Below, piece after piece: positions 58,468 to 64,000 of a DNA stretch of 64,000 nt; within the stretch, counting starts at the first letter, position 1; each line of letters begins with the position of its first letter. Made by a program: the position numbers and the translations under genes. The stretch comes from an uncultured Solirubrobacterales bacterium (GTDB lineage: Bacteria; Actinomycetota; Thermoleophilia; Solirubrobacterales; Solirubrobacteraceae). Under the pieces are notes generated by a model that worked only from the letters and a program-made list of their open reading frames with translations, searched no databases and had not been told where the DNA came from. Location of the stretch: the NCBI GenBank assembly GCA_963725265.1, contig CAVRXP010000002.1, positions 699,426-763,425 of the forward strand. The letters run 5' to 3'.

Positions 58468-61016
58468 ATGAACCCGCGCATCTTCGGCGTGCGCTTGGAC
58501 ATGCTGCTGTACCTGTACCGGCGGCGCCTGCGCGCGCACCCGCTGGCGGAGCTGCTGGCGGGCGCCGGCGTCGCGATCGGCGTGGCGCTCGTGTTCGGGG
58601 TGCTCTTGGCCAACGCGAGCCTGACCAGCTCGGCGGCTCGCCTGATCCACGGCCTGACCGGCTCCGCGCGTTACGAGCTGGTGGCGCGCTCGCCGCGAGG
58701 CTTCAGCGAAGGGTTGGTCGCGAGGGTAGGTGAACTGGAAGGCGTGCAGGTCGCCGCGCCGGTGCTGCGCGAGAACGTCACGCTGAGCGGCCCGCACGGC
58801 CAGCAGGCGGTGCAGCTGATCGGCGTCACTCCAAGCATCGAAGCGCTCGGCGGCGTGGCGACGCAGCAGCTAGGTGCCGCGACCGTGCTGCTGAAGGGGG
58901 GCCTCGGCCTGCCGAGCGGCGTGGCCGAAGTGCTCGGCGCCCAGACAGGGACACAGCTGCGGCTCGCGAGCGGCGGGGTTTTGCGCGACGCACGCATGCG
59001 GGTACTGCTAGATGGCTCGGTCGCGGGCGCCGAGGCCAGCCCGGTGGCGGTGGCGGTGCTGAGTGTTCGCGCAAGGCTTGGTGGGCGATCGGGGTCGCGT
59101 GAGCGCCGTCCTGATCCGCCCGACACCGGGGGCGCAGCGCACGGTCGCGGCCGACCTGTCGCGCCTGGCGGCCACGGAACACCTCGACCTGCGCCCGGCC
59201 GACGACGAACTGCGCCTGCTCGAAGTGGCCACGCAGCCGAACCGCCAATCCACCTCGCTGTTCAGCGCGATCGCGGTGATGATCGGCTTCCTGCTCGCGC
59301 TCAACGCGATGCTCCTAACCGTCCCCGAGCGCCGTCGCTTCATCGCCGAGCTGCGCATGCAGGGCTACGACGCGCGCCAGATCGTGCTGCTGATGGGGAT
59401 GCAGGCGGTCACGCTCGGCCTGTTCGCCTCGCTCGTCGGGATCGCGCTCGGCTACGAGCTGTCGCACGTGTTCTTCCAGCAGGTCCCAGGCTTTTTGACG
59501 GCGGCCTTCCCGATCGGCGCCGAAGAGGTCGTGCGCTTCGGTACGGTCGCGGCGGCGGTGGCGTGCGGCGTGCTCGCAACGGTGCTCGCTTCGCTCTCGC
59601 CGCTCTTGGACCTGCGCGGCGGTCAGCCGGCGGACGTCGGCCTGCACCAGCGCGGCGCCCACAGCGAGGTTGTCACGCAGCGCACGGTGGCGATGCTCGG
59701 GTTGGCGGGCGTGGCGCTGATCGCGCTGGCGTGCGCGCTGGCGCTGCTCGTGCCCTCGCTGACGATCGCGGCGGGCGTGGCCTTGGCACTGGCGAGCGTG
59801 TGCCTGATCCCGGCGGTGTTCGGAGCCCTGGCGAGCTGGTTGCCGCGCGCGGGCGAGCGCATCCATTCGAGCGCCCTGATTGTGGCAATGACCGAGTTGC
59901 GCGCGACGACGACGCGCTCGGTCGCGCTCGCGGGGATCGTGTGCCTGGCGGTGTACGGCGGGATCGCGATCGGCGGCGCGCGGCGCGACCTGCTGCGGGG
60001 ATCGAACGCGCTACAGATCAGTATTTTGCGAGCGCGCAGGTGTGGGTCACATCGGGGAGAGACGTGTTCAACACGAACGCTTTTGCCCCGGCGCGCGCGG
60101 AGGCTGAGATCGCGCGCGCTCCCGGCGTCGCGGCGGTGCGCGTGTACCGTGGCGGGCTGCTCGACGTGGGCGAGCGGCGCATGTGGGTGCGGGCCAAGCC
60201 GGGGCCGGACGAAGCGCTGCTGGAATCGAGCCAGCTCGTGCACGGCGAATACGCGCGCGCGACGCGCCTAATCCGGGCTGGCGGCTGGGCGGCGGTGTCG
60301 AGCGAATTTGCGAGCGAAGAGCATCTGCACGTGGGGAGTTACTTCTCGCTGCCGACGCCGACGGGCACGGCGCGCTTGGGTGTGGCGGCGGTCACGACCA
60401 ACTCGGGTTGGCCGCCGGGGCGATCACGCTGACCGCGGCCGACTACGCGCGCCTGTGGCATACGAGCGAAGCGGCGGCGCTGGAAGTGGCCTTGAAGCCG
60501 GGAGTGAGTCCGACGGTGGGCAGGCAGGCGGTGCTCGGGGCGCTCGGCGCGGGCAGCGGTTTGCAGGTGCGCACCTCAGAAGAACGGGCGGCGCAAAGCG
60601 CGGCAAGCGCGCGGCAAGGCCTGCGCACTTTGGAAGAGATCTCGACGCTGTTGATCGTGGCGGCAGCATTGTCGGTGGCGGCCGCGCTGAGCGCGGCGAT
60701 CTGGCAGCGCCGCCCGCGGCTGGCGGCCTTGAAGATCCAGGGCTACGACGCGGCGCAGCTGTGGCGCTCCGTGCTGCTCGAGTGCGGCATCACGATCGGC
60801 GTCGGCGCGCTCGTGGGCGCGCTCGTGGGGATTGCCGGTCACGCGCTCGCGGGCCGCTTCCTGCAGCTGAGCACCGGCTTCCCGGCCCCCTTCTCGCTCG
60901 GCCCCGAGCAGGTGCTGCTCACTATCCTCCTATTCGGCGCGATCGCCCTGGCGGTGATCGCCCTGCCGGGGATGCTGGCGGCGCGCGTGTCGGCGCGGGC
61001 TGTGCTGCAGGAATAG
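58468..61016 (+). CDS. FtsX/MacB-like double permease, frameshifted
   Basis: Two FtsX-like halves (ERRRFIAELRMQG; QRRPRLAALKIQG) across ORFs 58468, 59063 and 60183; ends VLQE. Confidence 0.85.
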
Positions 61017-61024
61017 CGGCGGCT

Positions 61025-61540
61025 CTAGGGCCAGTCGATTTGCTGGGCGAGCTCGGTGGGGCCGAGGGCGATCAGGGCGCTGTGCTCGATTGGCTCATAG
61101 TGGTCGGCGGTAAGGCCGAGCCAGTGGATTTGGTGGGTGTCGGGGTCAACGATCAGCAGCTCGTCAACGTGGTGGGCGGCGTAGAAGGGGAGCTTGGCCC
61201 ACGTTTCGTCGCCGGGGGAGAGGATCTCCACCACCAGCGCCGCGGTGGGCAGATAGACGCCGCCGGGTCCGGGGCGCAGCAGCGCCGCGTCCGGCACGCG
61301 GAAGTCCTTGGGGGCGCCGAGGTTGAACTCTCCGCGAGGGCGCAGCCCGGTCAGGCGCGCCTGGGGGTTGAGCAGCACGATGATCTGTGCCTGCAGGTCA
61401 GCGTGGCGGTCGTGCGGCGCAGGGACCACGTGGTACACCCCCCCCCAGACCTCGTCTTTGCGATCCTGGTCGAGGCGTCTGCGGCGCTCCAGCAGCGCCT
61501 GCAGCTCGGCGGGGGGCGGGTCGGGGAGCAGCGTTCGCAT
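61025..61540 (-). CDS. Uma2/DUF820 PD-(D/E)xK endonuclease-like protein
   Basis: RVPD, LVVEILSP, KLPFYA, LIVDP. Confidence 0.9.
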   Translation of the reverse strand: MRTLLPDPPPAELQALLERRRRLDQDRKDEVWGGVYHVVPAPHDRHADLQAQIIVLLNPQARLTGLRPRGEFNLGAPKDFRVPDAALLRPGPGGVYLPTAALVVEILSPGDETWAKLPFYAAHHVDELLIVDPDTHQIHWLGLTADHYEPIEHSALIALGPTELAQQIDWP

Positions 61541-62062
61541 GGCTAAGAAGGGTAGCGGTGGGGACGGGCGGTTTCGCAGATGGCATCCTGCTTTCTGATC
61601 CGACCGGCGCCGCCGGCCGGGACGGACGCCTTGGAATCAGAGCCACAGCTCTGCACTCGGCTTCGCCAGCTCGCGCAAATTATGTGGGTAGCCGGATTGG
61701 TACGCCGCCCATCTCTAAATTCAAGTACCCAAATTTTGTCTTGGCTCGCCACCTGAGAGCGGGGAATATAAGCGTGCCGAGAGGGTCAGTAGCACCTAGA
61801 CCGGTGCGGTGAGAGGCGCACAGCGCGCCGGACGTAAGGGCGAAAGGACCGGGGAAGGGCAACGGGATGAGAGAGCAAGGTGTTTCAGTCATGCGCATGC
61901 CGCATGCGGCAGTCATCGCATCCGGCTGGGCTGCGCCCGGGGACGAACGCGCGACGTTCCCGCATTTGAGAGAGGGACTTTGGTCGTACGTGTTGTGCGA
62001 GCCGCTGGCTTCGTGTTGCCCGCGGCTCCGTCGGTTGATGTGAATCGGTCTTCTAGGAGGGG

Positions 62063-64000
62063 ATGGGTGTGATGGGTGCTCGCAGGCTTAGGTTGGTGGC
62101 TGTGGCTTCGCTTTGCGGGCTGGTTTGTGTGCTCGGAGTTGGTACCGGTACGGCGTTTGCCGGAGCGGTGTCACAGTTCGGCAGTCAAGGCGCCAAAGCC
62201 GGACAGCTTAACGAGCCGATTGGAGTCGGGGTCGATCAACAGACGGGCGAGGTGTACGTCAGCGAGCTCTACAATAACCGAGTCTCGAAGTTCTCTGGAT
62301 CTGGGGAATTCGAGTTGGCCTGGGGCTGGAGCGTGATCCCACCCCTCATCGAAGGCTCTCCGCCCGCCAACGAATTTCAGATCTGCACGACTGCGAGCTC
62401 ATGCCAGAAGGGGGCAGGAGCCAAACAAGCGGAAACCGGATCGGCCCCAGCTGGTGAGTTCGCTCAAGAATGCGGCGCTCAGAGTGTGGCGGTAGACAAC
62501 GATCCTACGAGCACTTCGTATAAAGACGTCTACGTCGAGGATTTTTGTGATAATCGGGTACAGAAGTTCAGCCCTTCAGGAAAATTTCTGCTGATGTTCG
62601 GAGGTCATGTCAACGCCACCAAGGATGGCGTGACTGGGGCCACAGAAGCGGAAAAGGATGTGTGCGAAGCGGGTGAAAACTGTACCTTCGGCACCGAAGG
62701 CGCAGGGAACGGTGAATTTATGTGGTCAGGGTACGCCAGCACAATCGCTGTGGGCTCCGATGGTTCGGTGTATGTCGGTGACAAGGCGCGCATCGAGGTG
62801 TTCAATTCTTCGGGCGCGTGGAGCAGGAATATTTCGTTGACGGGCTTGTCCACCGCCGGGGTGACGGCGCTGGCTGTCGATGGCGCTAGCGACCTCTTTG
62901 TAAAGGATGGTGAAGCATCTGGTGTGCGAGAGTTCGAACCCGACGGTGTTGAAAAGACAACCCAGTTTGACAAAGGCAGCGAAATAGTCGAAGACCTTGC
63001 CGTCGACGGCTCGGGCGACTTGTTCGTGGGCGATGCGACCGACGGGTTCCACGTTTTGGAGTACGCACCGAACGGTGACGAGATCGCGAGCTTTGGCTCG
63101 AAGCTCATAACGAGCTCTCATGGTATGGCGGTCGCGAATATTTCGGGTGGGCCCGACGAGCTGTACGTTGCGGGCTATTCGGAGGAAGGCCCCAAAGTCT
63201 GGGTGTTGACGCCGCCCGCGGGTCCGGTGGTCGAAACTGGCAGCGAGTCTGCAATACCTGCGCCTCGTGGTGTCGCAACTTTGGAAGCAAAGATCAACCC
63301 GCAGGGCACGACGACGACATATCATTTCGAATATGGCTTGACAAGCTCGTATGGCTCGAGCACGCCTTCTTTGCCGATCGGGTCGACAACAAGCTTTGAA
63401 GAACAGGTCGTGAGCTCCGAACTGAGCGGGCTTGTTCCTGGTGACCTTTATCACTACCGAGTAGTCGTTGGAAGCACCGTGGGATCAGACGAGACCTTTA
63501 CGGAGACACCGCCGATGTTGGTGAGTGGTCCGTGGGTGGAGGATGTGGCCTCTACAAGCGCTAGCTTTGAGGCAGAAGTAGATCCGCTAGGCACGAGCAC
63601 AGACTATCGTCTCGAATATGGGACGACCAGCTCTTACGGGATGACTTTGAGTGGTAGCTTGGGGGATGGCTCAAATTATGTGCTGGTCAGTTATCACCGC
63701 CAGGAACTGCAACCTAACACCATTTATCATTATAAGCTGACAGTAAGCAACGCGTACGGCACCAGCGAAAGCATCGACCACACATTCACGACGCAGCCAG
63801 TTGGAGGGAACGAGCTTGCACTGCCCGACGGACGTGTGTGGGAATTGGTCTCACCGCCCAATAAACAATTTGGCTTGATCAGGCTTTCGCCAGGAGCTGA
63901 GCAGTCGGCTTCAAGTGACGGTAGCGCTGTGGAGTTTAACGTGGAAGGAGCACTTGGTGAAGACCCCGTAGGGTATAAAGGTGAAGAGTCGAGCGCGCTG
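62063..64000 (+). CDS. Large secreted NHL-repeat/FN3-like surface protein, runs off the window end
   Basis: RBS AGGAGG; signal peptide ending AFA; GQLNEPIGVGVD...NNRVSKF NHL repeats; YHFEYG...YHYRV FN3-like modules; visibly lower GC. Confidence 0.85.
   Translation, partial: MGVMGARRLRLVAVASLCGLVCVLGVGTGTAFAGAVSQFGSQGAKAGQLNEPIGVGVDQQTGEVYVSELYNNRVSKFSGSGEFELAWGWSVIPPLIEGSPPANEFQICTTASSCQKGAGAKQAETGSAPAGEFAQECGAQSVAVDNDPTSTSYKDVYVEDFCDNRVQKFSPSGKFLLMFGGHVNATKDGVTGATEAEKDVCEAGENCTFGTEGAGNGEFMWSGYASTIAVGSDGSVYVGDKARIEVFNSSGAWSRNISLTGLSTAGVTALAVDGASDLFVKDGEASGVREFEPDGVEKTTQFDKGSEIVEDLAVDGSGDLFVGDATDGFHVLEYAPNGDEIASFGSKLITSSHGMAVANISGGPDELYVAGYSEEGPKVWVLTPPAGPVVETGSESAIPAPRGVATLEAKINPQGTTTTYHFEYGLTSSYGSSTPSLPIGSTTSFEEQVVSSELSGLVPGDLYHYRVVVGSTVGSDETFTETPPMLVSGPWVEDVASTSASFEAEVDPLGTSTDYRLEYGTTSSYGMTLSGSLGDGSNYVLVSYHRQELQPNTIYHYKLTVSNAYGTSESIDHTFTTQPVGGNELALPDGRVWELVSPPNKQFGLIRLSPGAEQSASSDGSAVEFNVEGALGEDPVGYKGEESSAL

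Noticed and set aside
57695-61016. ABC ATPase and permease as several separate genes
   Set aside because: The fragments join into standard-length proteins across apparent indels.
62605-63454. Minus-strand ORFs
   Set aside because: They are antisense to the plus-strand NHL/FN3 gene, which the track omits because it has no stop within the window.

Overview
High-GC actinobacterial DNA. Gene content (tandem double-TetR, LCP, LppP/LprE, F420 PPOX, NHL/FN3 surface protein) suggests Thermoleophilia/Solirubrobacterales; this is an inference. Most of the window is ordinary housekeeping, transport and regulatory genes. Several genes carry clustered frameshifts that look like assembly indels. The standout is a ~6 kb integrative element (40483-46512). 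It has split a tRNA-Thr(GGT) gene at the anticodon loop without restoring it, and it carries its own complete tRNA-Thr(GGT) on the opposite strand. Its tyrosine integrase has His at the expected catalytic Tyr. Its cargo is defence-like: VapBC, a HEPN-motif protein and an IS481-interrupted SMC/ABC-ATPase remnant. Other items: an IS5-like MITE, a REP-like GC palindrome that also occurs in frame inside genes, repeated local duplication of gene termini, an ECF sigma factor paired with a four-repeat membrane protein, a divergent LCP protein, and a PadR/dual-ATPase/FtsX cluster surrounded by secreted proteins.
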